This document shows positions 47,522 through 56,655 of a stretch of 64,000 bases of DNA, piece by piece. The stretch spans positions 29,932-93,931 of the IMG/VR virus record IMGVR_UViG_3300044833_000114. One strand, given 5' to 3'. This DNA is from a virus. The notes under the pieces were generated by a model. That model saw nothing but the letters and a program-made list of their open reading frames with translations, was not told where the DNA came from and made no database searches. The number at the start of each line of letters is the position of its first letter. The first letter of the stretch is position 1. The position numbers and the translations under genes were made by a program.

Positions 47522-48411
47522 AAGACATCATCCTACTTCCAACTTACTATCGTCCGGAGTATCTGCAGCTCTGCCTCGAGCATCTCGCGCAAGCTGATGG
47601 CATCACGAACAAACAGATTTGGATTCTGCAGGACCAGCACCAGGACGACCTCATCCGTCACGCCGCCGAAGAGAACTGGACACAGGAAGTGCTCGCGGCA
47701 TGGCAACCATATCTCGCCCTGGACATCAAGTTCTTCCGAGCCTCCTCACACACCACCGTCGGGAACAGCCGAAACGTTCTGGAAGGATACCGGCGCGCGT
47801 TCGAAACAGACGCGCAGTTCGTCTACCAGATTGAGGACGACGTGTTCGTGCAACCAGATTTCTTCAGGTGGCACGAAGCCGTGCAGAACGATGGTGACTA
47901 TTACTGCTCGATTGCCAACGGCTGCTACTACCGAAACAAAGAAGTCCGCACCGACGTCACCGATCCCGGCGCCTACCTCACTTCACACAAAGACTTCGGT
48001 TCGTACGGCGTGTGCTGGCGCCGCGAGAAGATCGGTCTGTTCGTGGAGCACGCGCGCAACGAGTACTACACCAACATGGACAGTTACGTTCGTCAACACC
48101 TCTCTGGCACTCCGCTTGGGGACGCGTTCACGGAGCAGGACGGACTCATCGAGCGCGTGATGTGGAAGACGAACGGAGTCACCGCATGGCCTTATACGCC
48201 GCGCGCATACCACATGGGTTTTTACGGATATCACCGCGCCGGCCAGCGGCCTAACGGATTCCTTGAAGCCAAGCTGGAAGGCCTTCGCAAGATGGTTTCG
48301 GATCCCGCCACGTTCGCGAACCCAATCAACAACCCCTACAACGATTTGGTTCCCTTCCCCTCCACGCCCCCAGGCCCGTGGGAGAAGGTGACGAAGGTTC
48401 AGGAGTTCTAA
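47518..48411 (+). CDS. GT-A fold glycosyltransferase
   Basis: 'PTY.RPEYL..CL', 'IEDD', 'EQDG'. Confidence 0.7.
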   Translation: MKDIILLPTYYRPEYLQLCLEHLAQADGITNKQIWILQDQHQDDLIRHAAEENWTQEVLAAWQPYLALDIKFFRASSHTTVGNSRNVLEGYRRAFETDAQFVYQIEDDVFVQPDFFRWHEAVQNDGDYYCSIANGCYYRNKEVRTDVTDPGAYLTSHKDFGSYGVCWRREKIGLFVEHARNEYYTNMDSYVRQHLSGTPLGDAFTEQDGLIERVMWKTNGVTAWPYTPRAYHMGFYGYHRAGQRPNGFLEAKLEGLRKMVSDPATFANPINNPYNDLVPFPSTPPGPWEKVTKVQEF

Positions 48412-49250
48412 TGCGAGACATCGTCATTGTGCCGACATACGATCGCCCAGAATTTCTTTGGGTCTGCCTCGAGCAGCTCTTCAAGGCGAAAGGCGCCAAC
48501 GAAAAGTGGGTGTGGGTCTGTGAAGATATTCACGCTGACAAGCCGAAGAGTTTTGTAACCGAAATGGAAATGCTGGCGACGATCCGGTATTTCGAAAACC
48601 TCACTGAAAGATATCTGTGGCCTAAGCTGAAGTATGTCGGACGAAAACCTCACACCACTTATGGAAACAGCTACAACCTCCTGGCCGCGGTGCAAGAAGC
48701 ATCGACGGCAGACGCGGAGAAAGTCTACATCGTTGAGGATGATGTTCTAGTAACGAAAGATTTCTTTGAGTGGAACGACCAAGTGTTCAGCAACTTACCC
48801 CCATGGGTTGCATGCGCCGGCCGACTGAACCGAAGTCTCAACTTCGCGATGAACGGGCCCGACGCAATGGACGAGAGCATCAAGGACGTCAACGCGTGTA
48901 AGGCTGTCATCGGCGCCTACAACTCCTGGGCGACATGTTTCAGCAGGCAAGCCCTAGACGAAATCGTCAGCATCATTCCGTCTTACGATACGTTCAGGCC
49001 AGGGTTTGAACAAGACATGCTGATTCAAAATCATATGAGACGTAACAAGCTAGTGTCTGTTTGGCCGTTCGTCGAACGTGCGTTCCACTTCGGTTGGACC
49101 AGTTACCACAGGTGCGGACGGCCCATCACAGGGAATCTTGAAGAAAAGGTGAAGTTCATTCAGACGGCCGTGCGTAGCAAAAGCATTCTGTGCGAGATGG
49201 CGTCGCTGCAAGAAATGGATACGTTCTTCGATCCGACGGAAGCTAGGTGA
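48411..49250 (+). CDS. GT-A fold glycosyltransferase, tandem paralog of 47518-48411
   Basis: 'PTYDRPEFL.VCL', 'GNS.N.L', 'VEDD', 'EQD'. Confidence 0.7.
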   Translation: MRDIVIVPTYDRPEFLWVCLEQLFKAKGANEKWVWVCEDIHADKPKSFVTEMEMLATIRYFENLTERYLWPKLKYVGRKPHTTYGNSYNLLAAVQEASTADAEKVYIVEDDVLVTKDFFEWNDQVFSNLPPWVACAGRLNRSLNFAMNGPDAMDESIKDVNACKAVIGAYNSWATCFSRQALDEIVSIIPSYDTFRPGFEQDMLIQNHMRRNKLVSVWPFVERAFHFGWTSYHRCGRPITGNLEEKVKFIQTAVRSKSILCEMASLQEMDTFFDPTEAR

Positions 49251-49699
49251 CGCCCGCGGCTCGAGCGCGGTATTTGATGGACAACTACAAGTTGACCATC
49301 GAGCAGTCTGATGCGATCGACGCTTATCAGAAGGGTCTTTGCGCCGTATGTGGTCGTCCAGAGCACGTCCCCGGTCGCCGCCTCGCAAACGATCACGCGC
49401 ATCTCGACGGTCTCATTCGCGGTCATCTTTGCTCGCAATGTAACCCTCTACTGGGAAAGCTGGAAAACGCCTTTATACGCCTAGGCCTACACAAAGTACC
49501 AGGTCTGGACTTCGTGCAAATTGTTGAAAACTTAGCGGCTTACGTGAAGAACCCCCCAGCCACGGCAGCTCTCGGCCAGCCTAAGTTTGGGTACCCGGGA
49601 AAGACGAACACCAAGAAACACCGAAAGATGCTCACGAAGCTTCGGAAGGTGGAGAAAGGCATGCCACCACTGGTCAGTATTACGGAGGAGCCGAAATGA
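49247..49699 (+). CDS. Endonuclease VII-family nuclease
   Basis: 'CAVC...L.NDH.H..G.IRG.LC..CN..LG'. Confidence 0.85.
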   Translation: MTPAARARYLMDNYKLTIEQSDAIDAYQKGLCAVCGRPEHVPGRRLANDHAHLDGLIRGHLCSQCNPLLGKLENAFIRLGLHKVPGLDFVQIVENLAAYVKNPPATAALGQPKFGYPGKTNTKKHRKMLTKLRKVEKGMPPLVSITEEPK

Positions 49700-50418
49700 G
49701 CACAACACCCAACCCGATAGCAACCCTGGTCCCCTCCTGGGTGCACAACTACGCGGCTTTCATCAAAGCCCACGAGAAGCTCCTGATCATCGCAGCGGCT
49801 AGCTTCCTGACTTTCCACTTTTACTCGAAAGCGATCAATGCCTGGGAGGCGTTCGATAAGCGCCGCGTCAACATAGACCAGCAGAAGATCGACTCGCAGC
49901 ATCAAGAGAACGCCACCCTGGCCGAGCAGCTCTCCGCCCTCAAGATCACGGTGGACACCAACGCAAAGCTGGCAGCACAGCAGATCGCAGCGAGCCACAA
50001 GCAAACGCAGCAGCAGCAGCTGTTGGACCTGCAGCTCCCGCTCCCAAATCTAGGGCAGCGCTGGATCACCCTCCTGAACCTTCAACCTGGAGACATCACA
50101 GCTACTCCCGACAACAAGCTTGCCGTTACAGAATCGGCGTCCCACACCACGGTGAACGCGCTGGAAACAATTCCTGATCTGACATTGACGCTGTCTAAGA
50201 CGAAGTCTGAGCTCGACGGTTGCAACACGGTTCGTTCGAAGCAAGACGAAACGATCGCAGGCGTGAACAACGAGTTGGTTCTAGAGAAGAAGGGCAGAAC
50301 AGACGACGCGAAGCTCGCGAAGGCTGCGCAACGGAAAGCATGGAAGAACGGCTTCAAGTGGGGTTTCGGAGCCGGGGCAGCAGCAGTCGCCGCAATCAGA
50401 ATCGTTTTTCACTTCTAA
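49696..50418 (+). CDS. Membrane-anchored coiled-coil protein (spanin-like?)
   Basis: N-terminal TM, long coiled coil, hydrophobic C-terminus. Confidence 0.4.
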   Translation: MSTTPNPIATLVPSWVHNYAAFIKAHEKLLIIAAASFLTFHFYSKAINAWEAFDKRRVNIDQQKIDSQHQENATLAEQLSALKITVDTNAKLAAQQIAASHKQTQQQQLLDLQLPLPNLGQRWITLLNLQPGDITATPDNKLAVTESASHTTVNALETIPDLTLTLSKTKSELDGCNTVRSKQDETIAGVNNELVLEKKGRTDDAKLAKAAQRKAWKNGFKWGFGAGAAAVAAIRIVFHF

Positions 50419-50427
50419 GGAGCTTTG

Positions 50428-52119
50428 ATGTCGCACAACACCGAAGCAGGGTCGGCACTAATCGCGGAGACAGTGAAAGTTTACGAGAAGAACGGTGGAA
50501 ACATTCGCGCCACCGCAATAGAGCTGGGTATCGCACGCAGCTCGGTTCGCCGGCGCGTCGCGAAAGTAGGCCTAGGAAAGAAGCCACTGGCTGGCGGAAC
50601 GCGTCACGGAGTCAAAGCGAAGGTCGAGAAGCTCCCGGTAAGCGGGGAGATCAAGAGATTCATCCTGACATCTGCGCAGAACAATACGTACGTCAACGAA
50701 GAATTTCTCGATAACTTGGAAGCCCTGTCCGATTACTACGACGCCGAGATCATAGTCGGAACGTACACCTACAATCAGAATGCCTACGGCCCCAAGAGCG
50801 TTAAGAAAGACAGTTGGAGATCGAAGGCAAGCAACGGTTCATACGACAAAGAACTCTGGTACGACCCGAAGCTAAGGGATTACATCAAGGATTACCGCAT
50901 CCAGTTGGCGCCGGGTCTTGTGTGGGCGGGTGAATACAATGCGCTCCCGACCAACGTCAACCCTCTAGCCGGACTCGAGTCATACACCAGCCGAAACTCC
51001 GCGATCTTCCCTCATGCCAAGTTAGCGCTGCGCAGCATCCCGACGATGCAAGGCGAAGGCGTGAAGCTGAACTACACCACGGGCACCGTCACCGAGCGCA
51101 ACTACATTCAGAAGCGCGAAGGCGTGATAGCAGAGTTCCACCACATTTACGGCGCGCTGCTTGTCGAAGTAAACGAGAACGGTAACTGGTGGGTGCGCCA
51201 ACTTAACCAGGACGAAGGCACCGGCACACTGCAAGACCTGCACGTTCTTGTGCAGCACGGCGAGGTCATCTCGACGGATGCAACCGTCGAAGCGGTGACA
51301 CACGGCGACCTGCACGGCACGATGGCAGATCCGGAAGTGGTCGAGACCACGCTGGATATGGTCGACGCGCTGAAACCCAAATACCAATTCTTCCACGACG
51401 TGATGGAGGGGGCGGCAGTCAATCCGCACATGCGCAAGTACGCGGCGAACCACGAGAAGTTTTACACATGGCTGCGTGGCTACCACAAGCTGGAGAACGA
51501 AATCGTTGACACCGTCAAGCTGATGGTGCGATACGTTCGGCCCTTCTCGCAGAACGTGGTCGTGGATTCAAACCACGACGACGCGTGGATCAAACGGTGG
51601 CTACGCGAGTACGACTACCGCAAGGATCCACCCAACACCGAGATCTTCCTGGACCTGCAAGCCTACCTGTATGGGCAGATCCGCAACGGCGTGACTGACG
51701 AACAGTCCCGCGCCCGCAACGCGAACCCGAAGTATGTGCGCGACATCAACGTGCTCGAGTATGCGCTGCAGAAGTACGGCGCCCTGCGGCCAGATCAATT
51801 CAAGTTCCTGAAGGCCGACGAACCGTTCAAGACCTGCGGCAAGAAGATCGAGAACGGCATGCACGGCCACCTGGGTCCTGCCGGAAAGTTCGGCAGCCCC
51901 GCGGAACTCTCGAAGATGGGCCGCAAAGCTAACACGGCGCACACACACAGCACCGGCATATGGAACGGCCTCTACGTCGCCGGCACGAGCAGCAAGCTGC
52001 GATGGGATTACACCAAGGGTCCTAGCAACTGGACCAACAGCCACATCCTGACGTACCCGAACGGCAAGCGCACGATCGTCACCGTCTACAACGGCGCGTG
52101 GAGAGCGGAGAGCAAATGA
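50428..52119 (+). CDS. T5 A1-like nuclease (N-terminal HTH, metallophosphoesterase-like core)
   Basis: 'KRFILTSAQNNT', 'E.N.LPT...PL.G', 'HAK', 'TG..T..NYIQ', 'GAL.VE', 'VRQL', 'GDLH', 'SNHD', 'HGH' and 'HTH' match my recollection of T5 A1. Confidence 0.75.
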   Translation: MSHNTEAGSALIAETVKVYEKNGGNIRATAIELGIARSSVRRRVAKVGLGKKPLAGGTRHGVKAKVEKLPVSGEIKRFILTSAQNNTYVNEEFLDNLEALSDYYDAEIIVGTYTYNQNAYGPKSVKKDSWRSKASNGSYDKELWYDPKLRDYIKDYRIQLAPGLVWAGEYNALPTNVNPLAGLESYTSRNSAIFPHAKLALRSIPTMQGEGVKLNYTTGTVTERNYIQKREGVIAEFHHIYGALLVEVNENGNWWVRQLNQDEGTGTLQDLHVLVQHGEVISTDATVEAVTHGDLHGTMADPEVVETTLDMVDALKPKYQFFHDVMEGAAVNPHMRKYAANHEKFYTWLRGYHKLENEIVDTVKLMVRYVRPFSQNVVVDSNHDDAWIKRWLREYDYRKDPPNTEIFLDLQAYLYGQIRNGVTDEQSRARNANPKYVRDINVLEYALQKYGALRPDQFKFLKADEPFKTCGKKIENGMHGHLGPAGKFGSPAELSKMGRKANTAHTHSTGIWNGLYVAGTSSKLRWDYTKGPSNWTNSHILTYPNGKRTIVTVYNGAWRAESK

Positions 52120-52562
52120 AAACTGTATACCTTGCCGGCCTGATTTCAACGGAGAAGACGGAATCATTGACGTGGAGATATGACGCTGCGTCAGCGTTTG
52201 AAGGGAAGATGCGTGTTCTTTCTCCGATGCGAGGAAAGGACAAGCTCGGGAGCACGTCTAAGGACGGCGGGATCACCACGTCGGAACTTACAGCGAACGA
52301 CATCTTGATGCGTGACTATCACGACGTCAAGGAGTCACACGTAATCCTGGCGCACCTGGAAACGTTCGGGTCAACTCGACCGATGGTCGGAACGATCGCA
52401 GAGCTCGCTTGGGCGTGGATGTTGCAGATACCGGTTGTAGCTATCTGCAACAAGGATAACTACCTAATGCGAAATCACCCGTTCGTCAAAGCATTCGTTT
52501 CGCATTTCAGCGAAACAGTAGAAGAGGGTGTCACGTTCGTCGCCACCTATTACGGAGAATAA
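52116..52562 (+). CDS. Nucleoside 2-deoxyribosyltransferase-like / nucleotide N-hydrolase
   Basis: 'VYLAG', 'RD..DV', 'GT..ELAWA', 'HPF'. Confidence 0.75.
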   Translation: MKTVYLAGLISTEKTESLTWRYDAASAFEGKMRVLSPMRGKDKLGSTSKDGGITTSELTANDILMRDYHDVKESHVILAHLETFGSTRPMVGTIAELAWAWMLQIPVVAICNKDNYLMRNHPFVKAFVSHFSETVEEGVTFVATYYGE

Positions 52563-52564
52563 CC

Positions 52565-52927
52565 GTGACTGACACCAATCAATTTGTTGTTAAGGATTCC
52601 GGAGAAAGAGCGCAGTTCGATTCCGGAATGGTTCGAGACGTAACCACAGACAAAACAAACGTTTCGTTGGTGTTTGACGGCCCGATGTTTTGGAGATGGG
52701 CTGTACATCTCACGAAGGGCGCAATCAAGTACGCGCTCCGAAACTGGATGAAGGCCAACGGCGAGTCAGAACTGGAAAGGTTTCGTCAGTCCGCTTCCCG
52801 ACATTTCTACCAGTGGTACAGGGGAGACGTCGACGAAGATCACGCCGCAGCAGTGTTCTTCAACATCAACGGCGCGGAATACGTGAAGGAAAGATTAGCT
52901 GCAGAAAATTCAAAGGAGAAACAGTAA
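52565..52927 (+). CDS. dATP/dGTP diphosphohydrolase (DUF5664-like)
   Basis: 'F.SG.VRD', 'GA.KY..RNW', 'S..RH', 'EDH.AA..FN'. Confidence 0.8.
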   Translation: MTDTNQFVVKDSGERAQFDSGMVRDVTTDKTNVSLVFDGPMFWRWAVHLTKGAIKYALRNWMKANGESELERFRQSASRHFYQWYRGDVDEDHAAAVFFNINGAEYVKERLAAENSKEKQ

Positions 52928-53415
52928 TGATCACAGACGTCACACTACGCACGCTGGCGAGAACCACCCCCGAGGGTCAGGAAACAGTCACGTACAACCC
53001 CCAGGTCAAAGAAGAAGTGGAGAAGTTGCCCGAGTGGGCGAAGCAGTTTTCGTCGACCGACTCTCAAATTCGTACGATCAAGTGCGACGGAAAAGATGAA
53101 AAGGGCGTTGACTGCGTGAACACCGCTTCTTTCGATGTGCAGAATCAGGAACAGATCGCGTCGCTCCCCGACTGGATCAGGACGTTTCGCACCATCACTT
53201 TGGGGAACAACCGTCGCTTCGGGTACTGCTCGGACGTTTGCGAGGTCAACGGTGTAACCACCGGTGACCACAACGTTCCGGAGCCGAAGCAGGTGCAGGA
53301 AGCCACCCCGCTCGACGCGCAGCGCGCGATCGCAGAAGCGAAGGTCGCTGAGTCGATGAAGACGAAGAAGACCGACAGCGGCAAGCGCAGCAAGAAAATC
53401 CACATCGTCGAGTAA
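52927..53415 (+). CDS. Hypothetical protein (Cys motifs)
   Basis: AAGGAG RBS; TAATG coupling. Confidence 0.5.
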   Translation: MITDVTLRTLARTTPEGQETVTYNPQVKEEVEKLPEWAKQFSSTDSQIRTIKCDGKDEKGVDCVNTASFDVQNQEQIASLPDWIRTFRTITLGNNRRFGYCSDVCEVNGVTTGDHNVPEPKQVQEATPLDAQRAIAEAKVAESMKTKKTDSGKRSKKIHIVE

Positions 53416-53420
53416 ACCGA

Positions 53421-53771
53421 ATGGACACCATGGTTCACTTCAAGGGAATTCTGAAAACGCCCATCGTCACAGAAGTTGACGGTGGGTGGTTTCGGAACTG
53501 GTTTTGCCCCCGCCGGGTTCTGACGACATTTAAGTCCCAGAAACTGACGGTGCGCCACCGACTTGATCAAGAGCTCCGTGACGTCGTCGACAAGGTTATG
53601 CAGGACATGCAGCGCACACAGGGTCTAGTCGTGGTGAAAGATGAGACCAAGCCTCAAACGGATGCCAGCAATTTACAGTTCTGGCCACTACACAACTTCA
53701 GCCACATTGAGATCGAACTGAAAGTTCTAACCGTTCCGATACCGGCAGCTGGGAAGGAGACAGTCAATTGA
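53421..53771 (+). CDS. Hypothetical protein
   Basis: ORF in the operon. Confidence 0.5.
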   Translation: MDTMVHFKGILKTPIVTEVDGGWFRNWFCPRRVLTTFKSQKLTVRHRLDQELRDVVDKVMQDMQRTQGLVVVKDETKPQTDASNLQFWPLHNFSHIEIELKVLTVPIPAAGKETVN

Positions 53772-54235
53772 AGACATTCTTCGCAGTAGGAGAGATCAAC
53801 CCTGACATGGCTCGATCTTTTTTCTCCGGCCTGGTTCCTAAGGGCTTCACAGATGTGGTGATCAGTTCCCCAGGCGGCGACATCGGACTCACGTTTGGGA
53901 TGCATGACGTCATCAAGTTCTACGGTCTCCGTACGCACGGCGTAGGCCTTCTGCAATCGGCTGCGTCTGTGCTTCTGCAGGCCGGCAAGTGGCGCACTAT
54001 GACGAACGCCAGTTTGTTGGTCTTCCACGCGCCGGAAGAAAAGATCAGCGACGCGCAATGGCGCTTGCACACGCAGCTGGTGGAGATGGTGGCGCAGCGA
54101 ACCGGTCTCAACATCGCCGAGGCGCACGATCTGTTCGACAACATGTTTATCAACGCGAATCGGGCCCTGGAGCTAGGCCTGATCGACGAAATCGCGGAAG
54201 ACGCGAAAGTGATGAGGTGGGTCAAAGATGAGTAA
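53768..54235 (+). CDS. ClpP-like serine protease
   Basis: 'ISSPGGD', 'G...SAAS..LQAG..R....A....H', 'A..ALELGLIDEI'. Confidence 0.8.
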   Translation: MKTFFAVGEINPDMARSFFSGLVPKGFTDVVISSPGGDIGLTFGMHDVIKFYGLRTHGVGLLQSAASVLLQAGKWRTMTNASLLVFHAPEEKISDAQWRLHTQLVEMVAQRTGLNIAEAHDLFDNMFINANRALELGLIDEIAEDAKVMRWVKDE

Positions 54236-54765
54236 CGAAAAGTTGAAGGATGCCAAGGCGGCGTTCACATTCTCGCGGTTGCCGCGTTGGCACCGCATCG
54301 CAATCACGCTGTGGGAGATCATGCAGAAGAATGATTTTAATTCAGCTGAAGTCAACTTCGATGAGCAGATCGCTCCGATTGCGAAAGAGCTTGCTCAGTA
54401 CTCCGTGAAAGACTTCGCGGTTCGCTACGGACACTTGGCTGATGGCAAGGCGTAAATTCACCGACGGTGCCGACGAACTCGCACACCGGTTTAGACAGAT
54501 CCTCCAACAGCGGGATCCTCGGGACCCGAAAGCGTGGGTTGCTCGTTTGGCGTCGATCGCAGCTCTAGCGAGTATGTGGAAGATAGATTTGGGGCCGCAT
54601 TTTGCAGCCATCATTGCGTCTGAGTTTAAGCCACGAAAGAACACCATACCGGTTGACTTTGTGGATCCCGAAACCAAGATGCCGACCCCGCTAGAAGGTC
54701 CAGAAGAAAGCTCGGAACCGCCAGTTGGCGGCGGCAGCATTCTCGACGAGATGGGAGACAACTAG

Positions 54766-55173
54766 ATGGCGAAGATTGAATACGTTTCGTTCCAAGACAA
54801 AGTCAGCCCGTCCGATTGGCGCGTCGAAGCTATCGACGACATGACAGGCGAAGTCTACATCACACTCTTCGCCGGACCAGACGCCGAAGAGCGTTCTGTC
54901 GAATACGCGTCCTTCAAGAACGGGACACATCCGATCTTCAAAAAGGCTGCGCCAGTTGTTCCAGCCCCTCCACCGGCAACCGCGCCGATGAACCCTATCG
55001 ATATGGTTCGAGCAGCGTTGCCCAACACCATTCACCTCGTCACTGATAACGGACACGAGATTATGGTGACGCCGAGCGAAGTCAAGTGGAACTACGACGC
55101 TCGCAGAAAAGTTCTTACCGGCCGACCGAGGCCGGCGATCGAAATCCAAAAGGGGTTCACCCCGAAAGGGTAA
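54766..55173 (+). CDS. Hypothetical protein
   Basis: GGGAG RBS. Confidence 0.5.
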   Translation: MAKIEYVSFQDKVSPSDWRVEAIDDMTGEVYITLFAGPDAEERSVEYASFKNGTHPIFKKAAPVVPAPPPATAPMNPIDMVRAALPNTIHLVTDNGHEIMVTPSEVKWNYDARRKVLTGRPRPAIEIQKGFTPKG

Positions 55174-55177
55174 CAAA

Positions 55178-55891
55178 ATGCTAATCGCCGTCTTTGACTT
55201 CGAAACAACAGGGCTGGACCGAAACCAAGATCACGTCATAGAGGTTGGAGCCTTGCTGTACACCACCGGCCACAAACGGGTGGTGATGGCTGAGGATTTT
55301 CTGGTGGACCAAGAAGTCCCAGTCCCCAAAGAGGCTTCAAACGTAAACAAGATAAACAACCCGATGATCGATAAGTTCGGGCTCACTTCCCCGGACGGTC
55401 TGTCGAGGCTGCAGAACTACTTCGACATGGCAGAGGTTGTGGTCGGCAAGAACATCATCGACTTCGATCTTCCTTTCTATCGCAACTGGTGCCTTCGCGA
55501 GAAGGCGGAGCCGATCGAGCGTCCCACGATTGACATCGAGACTGATCTGATTGGTGTCGAAAACAAGAAGCTCTGCTACATGGCAGCAGACGACGGGTTC
55601 TTGAATCCGTTTCCGCACGCAGCTTTGCCAGATTCCTGGACCACACTTCGGCTGCTCGAGAACAACATCGAGAAGCACGGCCTGGAGAAGATCATGCAAC
55701 GCGCCGCGTCTCCGCGTGTTTATTTGCAGGCCATGGTCACATTCGACACGAACTACCAAGCGAAGCAACGAAAGTATCAGTGGAACAGCGATCGCAAGGT
55801 GTGGTTCAAGACTGTAAAAGAATCTGACGTTGAACTGGAAGCGAAAGACGCTCCGTTCGACATCAAGCGCATAGAGCCTGTTGCGCGATAA
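55178..55891 (+). CDS. DEDDh 3'-5' exonuclease (DnaQ-like)
   Basis: 'DFETTG', 'N..DFD', 'HAA..D'. Confidence 0.85.
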   Translation: MLIAVFDFETTGLDRNQDHVIEVGALLYTTGHKRVVMAEDFLVDQEVPVPKEASNVNKINNPMIDKFGLTSPDGLSRLQNYFDMAEVVVGKNIIDFDLPFYRNWCLREKAEPIERPTIDIETDLIGVENKKLCYMAADDGFLNPFPHAALPDSWTTLRLLENNIEKHGLEKIMQRAASPRVYLQAMVTFDTNYQAKQRKYQWNSDRKVWFKTVKESDVELEAKDAPFDIKRIEPVAR

Positions 55892-55947
55892 GTTTCGGAC
55901 GAAAGTCCGAAGATAGAGTACTAAATCAAAAATCAAAAGGAAAACAA

Positions 55948-56544
55948 ATGGCAATCATTTCAGACGACAAGCCACTGGGCCCAAAGAAAGAGTATCCGAT
56001 AGCGTCGGAAGGCGTAACCCTCCTCGTCCTGGCAGACGTGGAAGATCTCGGAATTCAGAACAGCGAGTTGTATGGACCGAAGCCACAGGTTCGGTTGACG
56101 TGGGTTCTCGACGAAAAAGATCCGGAAGGAAATTACTTCGTGGTCTCTCGAACCTTCACCAACTCTCTTCACGAGAAGTCCAACCTGTACCCCGTCGTGA
56201 CGGATATGTTGGGCGCTCGACCGCCCGTTCCTTACGACCTGGAAAATCTTCTGGGACGCGTCAACCTCGGCGTGATCAAGCGCAAGGTGGCCACCAAAGG
56301 AAAACACGAAGGAAGAACGTTTGCGAACATCGTGTCGTTCTTGAGCCCCAAAGCCGGCCAGACAATGGCGATCCCATCCGACTTTGTTCGCGGCAAGGAC
56401 GGCGGCTCATTCGGCAAGCTGCCCCAGCAACGTACGAATGGCGCTCAACCCCAACAGCAATCACGCACGGCGGCTCCTGCGCAGCGGCCCAACACGGCCC
56501 CAGCTGCTCCGGTGGAAATAGCCGACGAAGACATCCCGTTCTAA
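55948..56544 (+). CDS. Single-stranded DNA-binding protein
   Basis: OB-like N-terminus; Q/P/A linker; acidic 'DEDIPF' tail. Confidence 0.75.
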   Translation: MAIISDDKPLGPKKEYPIASEGVTLLVLADVEDLGIQNSELYGPKPQVRLTWVLDEKDPEGNYFVVSRTFTNSLHEKSNLYPVVTDMLGARPPVPYDLENLLGRVNLGVIKRKVATKGKHEGRTFANIVSFLSPKAGQTMAIPSDFVRGKDGGSFGKLPQQRTNGAQPQQQSRTAAPAQRPNTAPAAPVEIADEDIPF

Positions 56545-56655
56545 GCACCGCACTGATAAAGCGGAAAAGCTGGTAGGGACAACTGGAAAGCCCCGGGCCC
56601 CGGGTAAGCAGGCTTGACACGTCGGAGAGACGGCGACTTATTCCAAAGGACAAAA

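Noticed and set aside
56548-56575. Hammerhead ribozyme at CTGATAA...GAAA
   Set aside because: The core is CUGAUAA rather than CUGANGA, and the required stems do not form.
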